Of a stretch of 64,000 nucleotides of DNA, positions 54,589 to 63,469 are shown piece after piece (positions within the stretch are counted from its first letter, which is position 1; the number at the start of each line of letters is the position of its first letter). Both the position numbers and the translations under genes were made by a program. Where the stretch lies: the NCBI RefSeq assembly GCF_001194135.2, contig NC_068984.1, positions 104,227,187 through 104,291,186 of the forward strand, given 5' to 3'. The notes below the pieces were generated by a model that was not told the origin of the DNA, did no database searches, and worked only from the letters and a program-made list of their open reading frames with translations. The DNA comes from Octopus bimaculoides. Taxonomy: Eukaryota.

Positions 54589-57500
54589 CTGTTTGACCCC
54601 CCACCGTCACTTGACAACCGATGCTGGTGTGTTTACGTCCCCGTAACTTAGCGGTTCGGCAACAAGAAGCCGATAGAATAAGTACTAGGCCTGGGGTCGA
54701 TTTGCTCAACTAAAGGCGGTGCTCCAGCATGGCCGCAGTCAAATGACTGAAACAAGTAAAAGAGTTCCCAATAAAGATGTCTGGTATGGCAAGCCATTAC
54801 GATCTAAATTTATCGTTGTTTTTATTTTCATGGTATGTATGAACGACACATTTTCAAAAATATATCTGAAAGATTACCAAATTCTGTTGGAAAGACTATT
54901 TAGCCAGTGCTTCTCAGACTTTTTAAACTCTTGCTCTTTTTCTTTAACTAACATCTTTTCAGTGCCCTTTTGCTAAGATCCAATGGTCCCCTCCCCGTTT
55001 ATGTATACATAATTTAGTTCTGGGTACTAGTCTGACTGCTTACCACAGCACCACCCTACTATAAGTGAGTACTATAAATATTAGGTGGTCTATGTATGTA
55101 TGTATGAATGTTTAAGCCTAAAAACTTTTCGCTGTTTATTTATTCACATTTCAAAATTTATTATTATGGTTGACATTGCTGTAGTTAATGTGATTGTGGC
55201 CATCAAGCAGCCTATCTTAATATTTCAGTAAAAAAAAAATTTTAAGTTAATATTTGAACACAAGAAAGACTTGAAAACTGTAGAGATGCATTGAGCACCT
55301 CATATTACCCCACTTTATTCTCAGTACCTGAATAAAATTTTCACTGTTCACCAAGGGGTAATATTGCATGAAGTATAGAAGATGGCGGGGATTTAGAAGT
55401 TATTAATATTGTAGTAATATCATACTTTTATTTTTCAAAATTAAGATAAAGTTCTTTTTTAATCTAATCTAAAATATACTTTCCTTCATTTTCTACAATG
55501 CTCTTCCATCTATCTGGTAGACTTGCAAAGCCTCTCTTCCAAAATTCACTTGACTTTGACAAAAAATACTCTTCCAGTACTTTTCTGACCTCATCTACAG
55601 AATTCATATCTTTTCTGTCCAAATGATTTTGAAGACTGCAGAATAAATGATAATCAGATGAGGCAGTGTCCAGCAAATATAGTTGGTGGGGCATCATTTC
55701 CCTTTCAAACTGCTCCAGCTTTTGGAATGTCATCCTCGCTTAATGTGGCCAAACATTATCCTGATGGAAGAACACCTTTCGTCTTGAAATCAAAGATGGT
55801 CGTTTTTCTTCTAACGCTGACTTAAACCGTTTGGAGTAGATCTCCTTTGTTATTGTTTGGTTTGGGTTTAAAAGTTCAAAGTGGACTAAACCTTTCATAT
55901 CCCACCAAACAGATAACACCTTACACCTCCTTTAGCCTGAGGTGCTGGTGTTTCTCCTTTCCCTGCCCACTTTATTTGGCACTCGACATTTTTATAGAGA
56001 ACCCATTTCTCATTACCAGTTACTATTTGGTCCAAAAAAAGGTTCATTCCTGAGACGTGACAGCAAAGAGGAGTATACATTCATTCTCTGTACGTGATTA
56101 GACTTGGGAGAGTGTGTGAGGAACCCATTGTCCCAATTTGCTGACTTTTCTGATGGGATGCAGATGTTGATGAATGGTTGAATGACCAAGTTTCTCTGCT
56201 AGTTCCTCAACAGTTATGATGGGATTTTGTTCCACCAGGATGTTCTCATCAAGCTCTACAGATCTTCCAGGACGAGGCTTGTTTTCTAGGCTGTAGTTTC
56301 TGGCTCAGAATTTCAGGGACCATCATTAACACTGGCTTTCGTTTATTGTCCAATCCTATATATTGCATTAATATTCCTTGCACTTTCCATTGTGTTGTTG
56401 CCTTTATTGAACTCATAAAGCAAAATATGCCAAATATGCTACTTTGTCACATCCATTACAGCTTTGAAAAAATAACTGTTAAAATTAAACTACACTCTTC
56501 AAAACTTGCACTAAGAATAAGTACTAGGTAAAATTACTACCTGCTTTTATTGCAAGTTGATGCAGGTAGTTTATCCTGTCATTCTCCAACTTTTAGTTCA
56601 TGCAATTGAAAAAAACTCATTATGGGATGACCCAATATTTTCACAATTTAATTTGTTACTGTTACTAAAATATCCCTCATTGTTACAATAATTTGCTATT
56701 ATGTCATTATCTTCCATTTTCTTTTGATACTGTACCAGAGAAAATGATTAATTTTAATTTTAAGATATTGGTTTTTTTTCTTTCCTTTTTAAATTGCTGC
56801 AGAATTTAAAATGAGACAAACTCTTAATCATTCTGAATATATATTGATCTTATTAACAAAATATCTTATCTATTTATTCAGGAGCAAGATATCAGTACCA
56901 AGATGGCTTATGTTCAAGGTAAACTGAATGAGTTTGAAGCAATGTGCAAATATTGTGCTAGTAAACTAGATATTCACATTGGTAAGTAGCTTATAGAAAA
57001 TACTTTTATAATCTTTATATAGTTAATTTTAAAATTTACATCAGATTGAATAATGACTTGTGCAGTGATTTAATAAAATTTGTCATAAATAGAATTCAAC
57101 ATTGCTTTTTGCTGAACAAAACATATAATTTTGTGGTACAATTTGACATTAGTATATGATAAACAAGAACAGTTTAACAATATTTATGTTATGTTTTACT
57201 TAAAAAATAACAACAAAACATTAAATTAGTAAAAGTAATATTTTTAGATGATTTATTATTATTTTTTTTGTTATTTTTCAGAAAATTTACAAGACATATT
57301 ACATGCACAAACACTTTCTGTAGGAGAGGATGAAGTATTGTTATCAATTGCTGGAGTAAAACAGGTAATACTCCTTCACATTAATATCTATTACATGTAA
57401 TAATTATCAGTGAGTCTTTTGTAAAATAATGACTTTGGATTGTCAATTTCCTGTGTGGGGAAATCTTTGGAAAAGTGAACATCCATCAAAAACTTCACAC

Positions 57501-58581
57501 TTCTGTGTTGTTGTGTGTCCATTGTTTTATGTTTGTTCTCTTATGCTGGCATGAGTTTGAGGCATTGTTTTACAGCTGCCTCCTTGATTCTAACCTTTAC
57601 CTGTTTTTCAAGTAAGAGATCTCTTATTTAATCCAGCTTCAAAAGCATGAAGTGAGCAGATGATTTATTGACAAGAGAAGTGCCAACAACAACACCACCT
57701 CATGGATGGTGTGACCTTTGAATAAACAGATGCATATGTAAACAAATGGACAAACACATCTGCCTGTGCATACACACACATAACAGGCTTCCTTTTCAGT
57801 TTACCTCTACCAAATCCATTTGAGAGGCTTTCATTGGTTTGCAGCTGTAGTAATCACCTGCCCAAGGTGCTGTGCATTAAGGCTGAACCAAAAAACATGT
57901 AGTTTAGAAGTGAACTTGTCAATGCATAACCATGCCTGTGTGTGTGTGAATATTTTGTATGTAACTCACAATGCTTACACGATCCCTAACTTAGTTCTAC
58001 CAAAGAAATGACTCACGATTGCTTGCTTTAATTGTGCAATTCCAAATAACTTCACCAATGTCTAAAAGAAAATGCCACCACTATATTTTCTTTAACATTA
58101 AATGTTGTGTATACTTTGCTTTTATTTACATACAATGTCTTCCTTTTGTGTCTAGGTACGAGATATTTTGAAAGGAACCTTGAAGTTTTCACGTAATTTG
58201 TTGGATGAAGATAAAATTGAGATTACAGATAATCACTACAGGGAAGAACCTTGTATATTGACGCCAGATTCCGATGTTGTTGATTCCGCTGCTGCTGCTG
58301 CTACACATCGAGAGAATGAACTGTTTGGTCGAGCATCTCTCTACGACTATAAAAGAATGTCTCGTTTGAAAGGGGTTTACAGTAATGACAACTCCCCATC
58401 TCACATGAATGAAATAACTAGCCGTGAAGTTGAACTTGTTTCTTATGTTCCTCAAGATCAAAATGGCGCTGCCGATCCTGTGAATTGTGTTGATGCTGAC
58501 ACAGGAGCCTATCAGAGGACTAGACACTCAGAATATGGCTGTCATTCACATCAATATGATACAAACACCAGAACTTCATGA
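3903..58581 (+). CDS. TBC1D5: TBC1 domain family member 5 (Rab7 GAP), spliced CDS of 18 exons, about 743 aa with exon A or 746 aa with exon B
   Basis: Exons joined by hand give one open frame with GT-AG introns and matching phases. Translation matches human TBC1D5 motifs recalled from memory: EWERLF, LRSSRFRSICWK, NNPLSQ, QDVIRT (Arg finger), YRQGMHELLAP (Gln finger), LHCDHQAFLHA, RWVRLLFGREF, AMCKYC, QVRDILKG. Confidence 0.95.
4800..5760 (-). mobile_element. Highly decayed RTE LINE (AP endonuclease region)
   Basis: Minus-strand remnants resembling TIISAYAP and EFC...TNT motifs, as in the better-preserved copy at 37720-38520. Confidence 0.45.
6040..7500 (-). mobile_element. Decayed, internally deleted Ty3/Gypsy element (gag plus integrase; PR-RT missing)
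   Basis: KPMNEVFARH/KQQ..LQALKLLAKECNFKAV (gag), YGKENVS (RNase H end), IKP*FY..RATQSMEDLN..LLMAVDE and ILHSIHSL (integrase). Confidence 0.75.
8322..8566. mobile_element. hAT (Charlie-like) MITE with 8-bp TSD
   Basis: TIRs CAGTGGTTCTC ... GAGTACCACTA; flanks GTATAGAT (8314-8321) and GTATACAT (8567-8574). Confidence 0.8.
8945..9912 (+). mobile_element. RTE LINE 3' fragment: RT C-terminus with Cys-rich insert, then tandem ~67-bp units and (GAT)n tail
   Basis: WKQGLELKGLRVNLVKTKVL...ICRKGIGRNSIRCTRC..HKRC..FVCGRC...VLDSFCYLG; repeated units gcatggttgatgccagtgccgcctgactggct...taaaaagcacc. Confidence 0.8.
11296..11404 (+). CDS. TBC1D5: TBC1D5 exon (TEWERLFGKPNFLKALRNHGLRGNLRSSRFRSICWK)
   Basis: ttcag| ... 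AAG|gtatgt; 109 nt, phase 2-0; carries the N-terminal LIR-like W-E-R-L. Confidence 0.95.
13146..13235 (+). CDS. TBC1D5: TBC1D5 exon (LYLEVLLEDKSNWLIKTREWRQKYDDLKNN)
   Basis: tctag| ... |gtaagt; 90 nt, phase 0-0. Confidence 0.92.
13927..14311 (-). mobile_element. Young full-length tRNA-derived SINE with 11-bp TSD
   Basis: Head GTGGAGGCGCAATGGCCCAGTGGTTAGGG...GTTTCGATTCCC; TSD AGTTAATGTAT at 13916-13926 and 14312-14322; older copies near 46290-46500 and 46840-46940. Confidence 0.9.
14980..15057 (+). CDS. TBC1D5: TBC1D5 exon (LIINPRKAVDSAHDLSLNNPLSQAEE), VPS29-binding NPL loop
   Basis: aag| ... GAA|gtaagt; 78 nt; NPRK and NNPLSQ conserved. Confidence 0.95.
15212..15650 (+). mobile_element. tRNA-derived SINE with (GT)n and RTE-related tail
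   Basis: A/B-box-like head, ggcacctttggcaag core, (GT)n, tail. Confidence 0.8.
17093..17160 (+). CDS. TBC1D5: TBC1D5 exon (SPWNRFFQDNELRLTIKQDVIRT), arginine finger
   Basis: tttag| ... AC|gtaaga; 68 nt, phase 0-2; IxxDxxR motif. Confidence 0.95.
18926..19307. other. Assembly gap (N run) after (TA)n
   Basis: N run seen directly. Confidence 0.99.
21730..21832 (+). CDS. TBC1D5: TBC1D5 alternative exon A (YPRIEFFQSNQVRNMMVDILFIYAKLNVDLSYRQ)
   Basis: ttccag| ... CAG|gttact; 103 nt, phase 2-0; same number of residues as the human segment FPEMQFFQ...LYKQ. Confidence 0.92.
23715..24553 (-). mobile_element. RTE LINE 3' fragment (RT C-terminus plus 3' UTR units)
   Basis: Minus strand encodes RVKGRL..VRTAMLHGSETWAV..RNEASMLQW..RRLRWYGHVARM..; includes a local ~35-bp duplication near 24450-24515. 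Confidence 0.85.
26068..26179 (+). CDS. TBC1D5: TBC1D5 alternative exon B (FPEIPFFQSDQVHQLMVNVLFLYCRNDQMKTHLSYRQ)
   Basis: Long pyrimidine tract, ttctag| ... CAG|gttggt; 112 nt, phase 2-0; intact paralog of exon A with 3 extra residues. Confidence 0.88.
32917..33005 (+). CDS. TBC1D5: TBC1D5 exon (GMHELLAPLIFVLHCDHQAFLHACEIESI)
   Basis: cttcag| ... GG|gtaagt; 89 nt, phase 0-2. Confidence 0.96.
34178..34198 (+). CDS. TBC1D5: Candidate 21-nt alternative microexon (adds LTQITES)
   Basis: Very long U-rich tract, ctttcag|CCTTACACAAATTACCGAGAG|gttagc; symmetric and stop-free in the required phase 2. No transcript evidence. Confidence 0.5.
35400..36080 (-). mobile_element. RTE-clade LINE RT C-terminal remnant
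   Basis: ORFs EAEVDARIAGAG and NSEIREFLWVELLLLSTERLQL..GHVIRM...GRPKTR. Confidence 0.8.
37720..38520 (-). mobile_element. RTE LINE AP-endonuclease region, frameshifted
   Basis: DVCCAQEVRWRG, IISAHAPQAG, VAGDFNGH, LLEFCNANNLLICNTNF, SQIDFILTR. Confidence 0.9.
38904..39686. repeat. Two direct repeats (38904-39156 and 39459-39686) with ~300-bp spacer
   Basis: Both begin gaaaggtcattttaagggctag and end gagtgtcatcagc; copy 1 has an extra internal ~33-bp duplication. Confidence 0.9.
41548..41598 (+). CDS. TBC1D5: TBC1D5 exon (EMIRELMDPMFLEHDAY)
   Basis: ttcag| ... TA|gtgagt; 51 nt, phase 2-2. Confidence 0.93.
42085..42154 (+). CDS. TBC1D5: TBC1D5 exon (AMFCQVMATVEPWYTTKDAPTPK)
   Basis: ttag| ... 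AAA|gtaagt; 70 nt, phase 2-0. Confidence 0.92.
42626..42795 (+). CDS. TBC1D5: TBC1D5 exon (GKDIFNVQPFARPQDLNPS...LEIVPQIYG)
   Basis: tgcag| ... AT|gtaagt; 170 nt, phase 0-2. Confidence 0.96.
43973..44115 (+). CDS. TBC1D5: TBC1D5 exon (RWVRLLFGREFPMQDLLMLWDAIFSDG...LLYVRDL)
   Basis: ttcag| ... T|gtaagt; 143 nt, phase 2-1. Confidence 0.97.
45291..45397 (+). CDS. TBC1D5: TBC1D5 exon (LLTSDYPNCMNTLMRYPPVGDVHYFVDKALYLREPN)
   Basis: tgtag| ... AAT|gtaagt; 107 nt, phase 1-0. Confidence 0.95.
47273..47339 (+). CDS. TBC1D5: TBC1D5 exon (QYPKPPAYSYQTVNQAQPSRNK)
   Basis: tgcag| ... G|gtatgt; 67 nt, phase 0-1. Confidence 0.85.
48232..48480 (+). mobile_element. Old tRNA-derived SINE
   Basis: tctagtagttagcactcatgatcgc...ggtttcaattcctagactggg...gttcttgagcaaaaacactt. 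Confidence 0.6.
50214..50390 (+). CDS. TBC1D5: TBC1D5 exon (VSTNNNASANKSRSS...MTKSSSEPMNLQTDISP)
   Basis: Branch point cactaac, ctgcag| ... CAG|gtaaat; 177 nt, phase 1-1; MTKSSSEP resembles human LMKSESMP. Confidence 0.88.
50740..50890 (+). mobile_element. Penelope-like RT fragment (YxDD region) fused to the Gypsy ORF
   Basis: INIYMS...PAAWLRYEDDIFVLW...LADHLNS matches the Penelope pattern WxRYVDDIFxxW...FLxHLNS. Confidence 0.75.
50890..53166 (+). mobile_element. 5'-truncated Ty3/Gypsy LTR retrotransposon (RT C-half, RNase H, integrase, PPT, 3' LTR)
   Basis: IDNITICG, LLGYEIS, VETDAS, EKEAYAI, TDQKS, DEYS..HSDRG..NGQVERLNG; frameshifts present; PPT AGTGGGGAAGAA at 52896-52907; LTR TGTTGTGAG...CTCACA at 52908 to about 53166. 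No 5' LTR seen. Confidence 0.92.
53200..53900 (-). mobile_element. Penelope-like element remnant (GIY-YIG endonuclease and upstream region)
   Basis: LGETGKSLKVRIIELQKALK...SGMAEY. Confidence 0.7.
53979..54199 (+). CDS. TBC1D5: TBC1D5 Ser/Pro-rich exon (VTPPCQEKRG...MKSKRATRH)
   Basis: tttcag| ... CAT|gtaata; 221 nt, phase 1-0; keeps the frame. Confidence 0.82.
54395..54770 (+). mobile_element. tRNA-derived SINE with internal (TA)n
   Basis: ggagtggctgtgtga...ggttcagtcccactgcaaggcaccttgggcaagtgtc...gaaactgaaagaagccc. Confidence 0.85.
55440..56637 (-). mobile_element. Mariner (Tc1/mariner) transposon remnant
   Basis: IVTGNEKWVLY, FHQDNVWPH, DTASSDYHLFCSLQNHL...SLPDRWKSIVENEGKY; TIR-like end ttatgggatgacccaata near 56620-56637. 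Confidence 0.85.
56882..56981 (+). CDS. TBC1D5: TBC1D5 exon (EQDISTKMAYVQGKLNEFEAMCKYCASKLDIHI)
   Basis: ttcag| ... G|gtaagt; 100 nt; matches the human QGQLNDLDAMCKYC region. Confidence 0.95.
57282..57364 (+). CDS. TBC1D5: TBC1D5 exon (ENLQDILHAQTLSVGEDEVLLSIAGVKQ)
   Basis: tttcag| ... CAG|gtaata; 83 nt, phase 1-0. Confidence 0.94.
58156..58581 (+). CDS. TBC1D5: TBC1D5 last coding exon (VRDILKGTLKFS...ITDNHY...TRTS*)
   Basis: tctag| acceptor; DILKG and DNHY conserved; TGA stop at 58579-58581. Confidence 0.93.
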   Translation, partial: VRDILKGTLKFSRNLLDEDKIEITDNHYREEPCILTPDSDVVDSAAAAATHRENELFGRASLYDYKRMSRLKGVYSNDNSPSHMNEITSREVELVSYVPQDQNGAADPVNCVDADTGAYQRTRHSEYGCHSHQYDTNTRTS

Positions 58582-61500
58582 AGAGTTTTTTTGTTTTCTT
58601 CACCAGTTTTGTTTTATTACTGTTCATGATGGTTTCTTATAAGCTTGAACAGATGGCTTCATCATTTCTAAAGTATCAGTTCCTCTATTGTTCTTTTTTT
58701 TTTTTTTTTTTTTGAAAAAGAGATTCAGCAACTTTCCTTTTTAATGTTTTTAAAATGAAGGTATTTGTTAGAGTTTTGATCTTAAAATCATTTAAGCAGC
58801 TTTAAAAATTTTAACTGGTATTTTCATTTAAATTTGAGTAAAAATACATAATTTTTTCATGTTCTACAATTGTTGTTGGTACAGATGGGTCTTATTAAAA
58901 TGGTACACAACCAGATGTATCAGTTGTATAAGTATGCAAAATGAATCCTAAGTTAAATTGTAAAACTATGTTTTGTTTTTCTTGATCATGGAAGTGAAAA
59001 TATCTATCTTGATAAAAAAAAAAATCTTTGTGTTGTATCTCTAGCTATTGTTAATGCTTTAACCAAAGTGTGACAGTAGCTAGCTGTAGATTGTTGTATT
59101 TATTAAACTTGGTCTAAACATTTATTAAATATGTTCAGTGCAATGAGGATCCTCATTGAGTAATAATAGCTATAAACAATATGCCTTTGCTTTGGTTTAA
59201 AATGTGTGAGCTGGCTCTCACTTTTTCCTTGTTATGTGATTAATTTACTCTGATGTACTTGTGAGTTGATGTAATTAAAAAAAAAAGTCCTTAATATTAT
59301 TTGACTTAAATTTCCTTGCACAAAAACTTTCTTTGGGGAAATTAGTTTAAATTTAATATAAAGATGGCCAGTTTGACAGCAGAGTTATTATGACCACTTC
59401 AAGTTGCTTTTTATCTGTGTTAGAAGATAGCAATGAAATGTTTTGTGTCAGACATAATCATTTTGAATTTATGAAATATGAAGCAATATTACTAAAAATA
59501 TAATTTTATAAATAATTTTTTTGTGGGATGGGGGAAGAGGGAACAAAAAATATGAATCCAAATTTGAAAAAAAAAATGAGAGTACAGTATATTTTTTATT
59601 TATTCCACAGCTGATATATATATATATATATATATAAAATCTCATTTTAATATCTATCATGTGAGCTATGTAAACTTTTTAATTTTTATATTTTATTCTA
59701 ATGCCTTTTATATTCCATGTTATTTCTCATTCAATGAGAATATTTTCCTATGACAGCAAAGATTTTGATAATTGCTTCAAGACTTCTGGTTAAAAATTTG
59801 CTGTGATTTTAAGGACAGTCTGTTACTTTTGGAGGAAAATTTAAATTTAAGATGATAAACTACTCTTGTTTGGTCTGATGATCTTACTTCAGATGCTCGA
59901 TGTTTTGATATTTTAATTGCAAAATGCTTCGAGTGATCTTAATTTAGTTGTCTTGGCAGTTTTTTTATTATTATTATTCTATCATAGTTCTGCTGAATAT
60001 GAATTACTGGATTTGTAATGTGGCTCAGTGAATACATTAATGGAATGGTAGAAAAGATTGGTGAATATGGTGAAAATAGATATAAGGGGATGGTGACTGA
60101 AGTATAGATAGGGCTGATAGACCAAGTGAAAAGTCTATAAAACAGGAGTTTAATTGATATGAAAATGAAAGAAGAGGCGCAACAATGATTATTGTCTGTT
60201 AGGAGAAAGTTCTGAAGGATATATATCATCTATCAATTTATAGATAGATAGCTAAATAGATAAAACTGTGTGAACTCTAAATTGAGACCTTGATTATTTT
60301 CTTTATTGTCTGTCTGTTCCTAATGCAACTGAAGACTTAAAAGACAATCTGCCATGTAAGAATTGCAAAATCTAAAATCAATTTGAAGTGAAAATGTTTT
60401 AAGAGATTTTGTATGATGAAATTTATCATTTAAACTTAGAGAGATAAGAAAAAATAATGTTGAATTCAGTCAAAAACTTCTGCAAAATGTTAGTTGCAAT
60501 GATGTATAGACTTGAGTTATTATGGTTAGCTGAATTGCTGTAAAGAATTTGAGAGAGAGAGAATTTGTTGCCATGGAATAATTTTTGGTGCCTCACTGTG
60601 TTGTAGTGACAAAGTATATTAGAATAGTAAAAAATTATAAGAGTACAGAGAAAGCTAACTTAGAATATTTTTTACCATGAGAGTAGGGTGTGAATTGAGG
60701 GAAATTTGACTGCTATTTCAAGACTATTGAATATTAAGGAATATTTGAAACCATTTTCATATTTCATTACAGTGTAAGTACTTTTAACCATATTTTAAAA
60801 AGTGTTTCAGTTGATAAATTACTAGAAAAAAAAGAAGAAATACAATGCTTGGATTAAATACTTAAAATAGAAACAATTATAGTTTACTTCTTTAAAAAAA
60901 TTTTTGCAGATTAAAACAATTTTAGCAGTCTGGAATTTTGTAAATCATTTTATTTACTCTTAAGTAGATATGTTTTTGAAGTCAGTAATTTTCCTTATTG
61001 ACTTTTTGAAAAGATTACTGAAACTTATCTTTCAGTATATGAAAATGGTTGTTTAAAGTGCTTCAAGACTACTTCTTGTTAAGAGCAATCATCATTCTAT
61101 GTCCACTTCACTATCATTCCAGCTATTAAAGCAGTTGGTTTCTTCTTTCCAAATACCAAGTTATTTTTAGAAATGATACTTTTTTAAAACTGAAATGTCA
61201 CTAGAAATTTGTTGTATCCTTTTGCTGTAATTGTTGCCAACCTGATTTTAAATATCAATGTAATAACATTTTCATCTCTTTGTTTTTTTAATTTTTTTTT
61301 ATACATATATATATTTTACGAAACATTTCTAAAATTTGAACAACTATATTATTCATATGAATATAATTTTTTTTTAATGTGAAAAATATTTGCCTTTAAT
61401 CCTTAAACAAAAAGAAACTAAACATTTATCCTGCTGGTCAGGTGTGTTGTAAAAAGTTAAATGTGCTATTTATATCAAGTTTAAAAAAAAAAAAACCCCA

Positions 61501-61730
61501 CAAAAATAGTTGTCAATGTTTTAATTTTTTGGGTTAAAAATTTAAAATTTAGTTTAATAATTTGATTTTCTTGTTAGTATTGATCACTTAATGTTTTTTT
61601 TTTTTTCATGTTGAATCCCTAATTTGCTCATTTGTTCTGCAACAGGGAATCTACCAGTTTATTGCTTTTCTTTTTCATTGGATTCTGTATTCCAAGCAAA
61701 TGTGAAATAAATAAAATCAACAAAATGTTT
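58582..61730 (+). other. Probable long 3' UTR of TBC1D5
   Basis: U-rich stretch with no recognisable SINE or LINE; AATAAA near 61706. The real end is not determinable from sequence. Confidence 0.4.
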
Positions 61731-62138
61731 ATATGTTAAAAAAAAACTAACGGAATTGAACTTTATTCAAAAATATAGAAAGTACAACTGCATTTAATAT
61801 GTGGAGTATATAAAATATTTTTAGTGTATATTGTCTTCAATACATGAACAAACTCAAGATAGCTGGAGTTATCATGTTTAACAAAGCAGCCTGTAATATC
61901 AAGGGCAAGAACATTCCTTCAACAAAAATTTGTAAGGAATGGACCAAAGTTTGTGTACTATTCACATCAAATAAGCTTAGTTTATATATGGAGCATTGCA
62001 AGACATTACTTCTGTTTCAGAAGGTTGATGATTTTTAAACAGCTTGGAAAGGATGCAAATGAACAACATGTGTTATTGGCATTTGCTAAATATAATGGAG
62101 GATACTCACTGTAGAAAGTTTGATGGAGATGGAATATA

Positions 62139-62178
<40 letters not shown>

Positions 62179-62179
62179 C

Positions 62180-63460
62180 ACTGAACCTAGAAGTGGGAGA
62201 CCCAGTAAACCAGTGGGTTAATGGCATGGTGAGGCAGAACAACAGCTAAGATGCGAGATTCTGTCCATGGTTCAATTATCCAACTGTCTCTTTCTTGGGA
62301 AAGGCGAAGGAGCATAGGGGAGCGGGCAAATGAACATTGGAGGGAACTTAAGGAAGGGAAGAGCTCATCAGTTCTGTACCAGCATGCTGAGCAAGAACAT
62401 GGAGGCTCACTCAACAACATAGAAATTAAAATCTTATCCACACATAGCAGAGACGCGGCACTTAGACAAATTACAGAAGCTACACACATAATAGAAGATA
62501 AACCTAGCCTGAATAGGAAACTGGAATGGAACACTAACACACGACAATACATTCACCATAAACCAATAACAATATGAACAAAATATAATACAATACAATA
62601 CATAGATAAACTAATGGAATTAAATACTACATACGTTAACAAAATTAAATTAAAAAACACATGAACAAATAAATAAATAAAAACAAAAACAAACGAACAT
62701 GTATTAACAGAGGATATAGATAATACAGACATTCCCCATACACACATGCACTTACAAAGACACATTGACGGATACGCATGCGTAGACACATACAATAGGA
62801 ATACAAAATACAAAATGGCTGATAGTTAACAAGGTGAGACACACAAAAGAAAGAAGAAAGCAAAGGACCACTGATGAGGTCACTGAAGTGCGACAAAAGA
62901 ACTCTGGCTGAAATACGATTAATGTAATATAAAGCTGAAGCAAATTAACACCAAATATACAGTGTGTGTGTTTTTATTGGCTAAACTGGCGATATGACGA
63001 TCCCCAAGTACAACAACATATATATATTTAATTACATATTTATTTATATATAATTATATTTATTTATATATATATTTATTTATTCATATATATATTTATA
63101 TATAAATTTAAAGAATGGAGTAAACGCATGTTATAACTGCATACTTTTATTCCGACATATGTTTCGAAGAATTACAATTTATGCAATCCATAGGAATCGG
63201 TGATGTTAAAAATGTAAACTTCTCAGGGAAATGTATGGGAACCAGCTTAAACGTAAGACATTATAACCGAGTTACTCAGTTATAATGGGAAGAACCATTT
63301 TAACGATGCGTACTGCCTTAATTCTTCGAAACGCCAGAGTTTTAATGGTGGCAGCTGACGAAGGGGATGTTTCTATGTGGCCTGCTTGTTTGTTGCACCT
63401 TGTTTACCATTTTGTCCTTGTTCTTTTGCCACGTCATGTACCCAGTTATGTATCTATATG
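62180..63460 (+). mobile_element. Penelope-like element 3' end (GIY-YIG remnant) with pLTR-like hammerhead-bearing tail
   Basis: RSIGERANEHWRELK...LYQHAEQEH...IKILS...RQITEATHIIEDKPSLNRKLEW; hammerhead-core motifs at 62871, 63140-63237, 63282-63340 and 63355. Confidence 0.75.
63140..63237 (-). ncRNA. Type I hammerhead ribozyme-like structure with defective core
   Basis: Minus strand: CATAC-AT-TTCC / CTGA / GAAG..long stem II..CTTC / GAAA / CATAT / GTC / GGAA-TAAAA-GTATG. Stems I, II and palindromic stem III pair, but the CUGANGA core is incomplete. Confidence 0.6.
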
Positions 63461-63469
63461 TACATGTAG

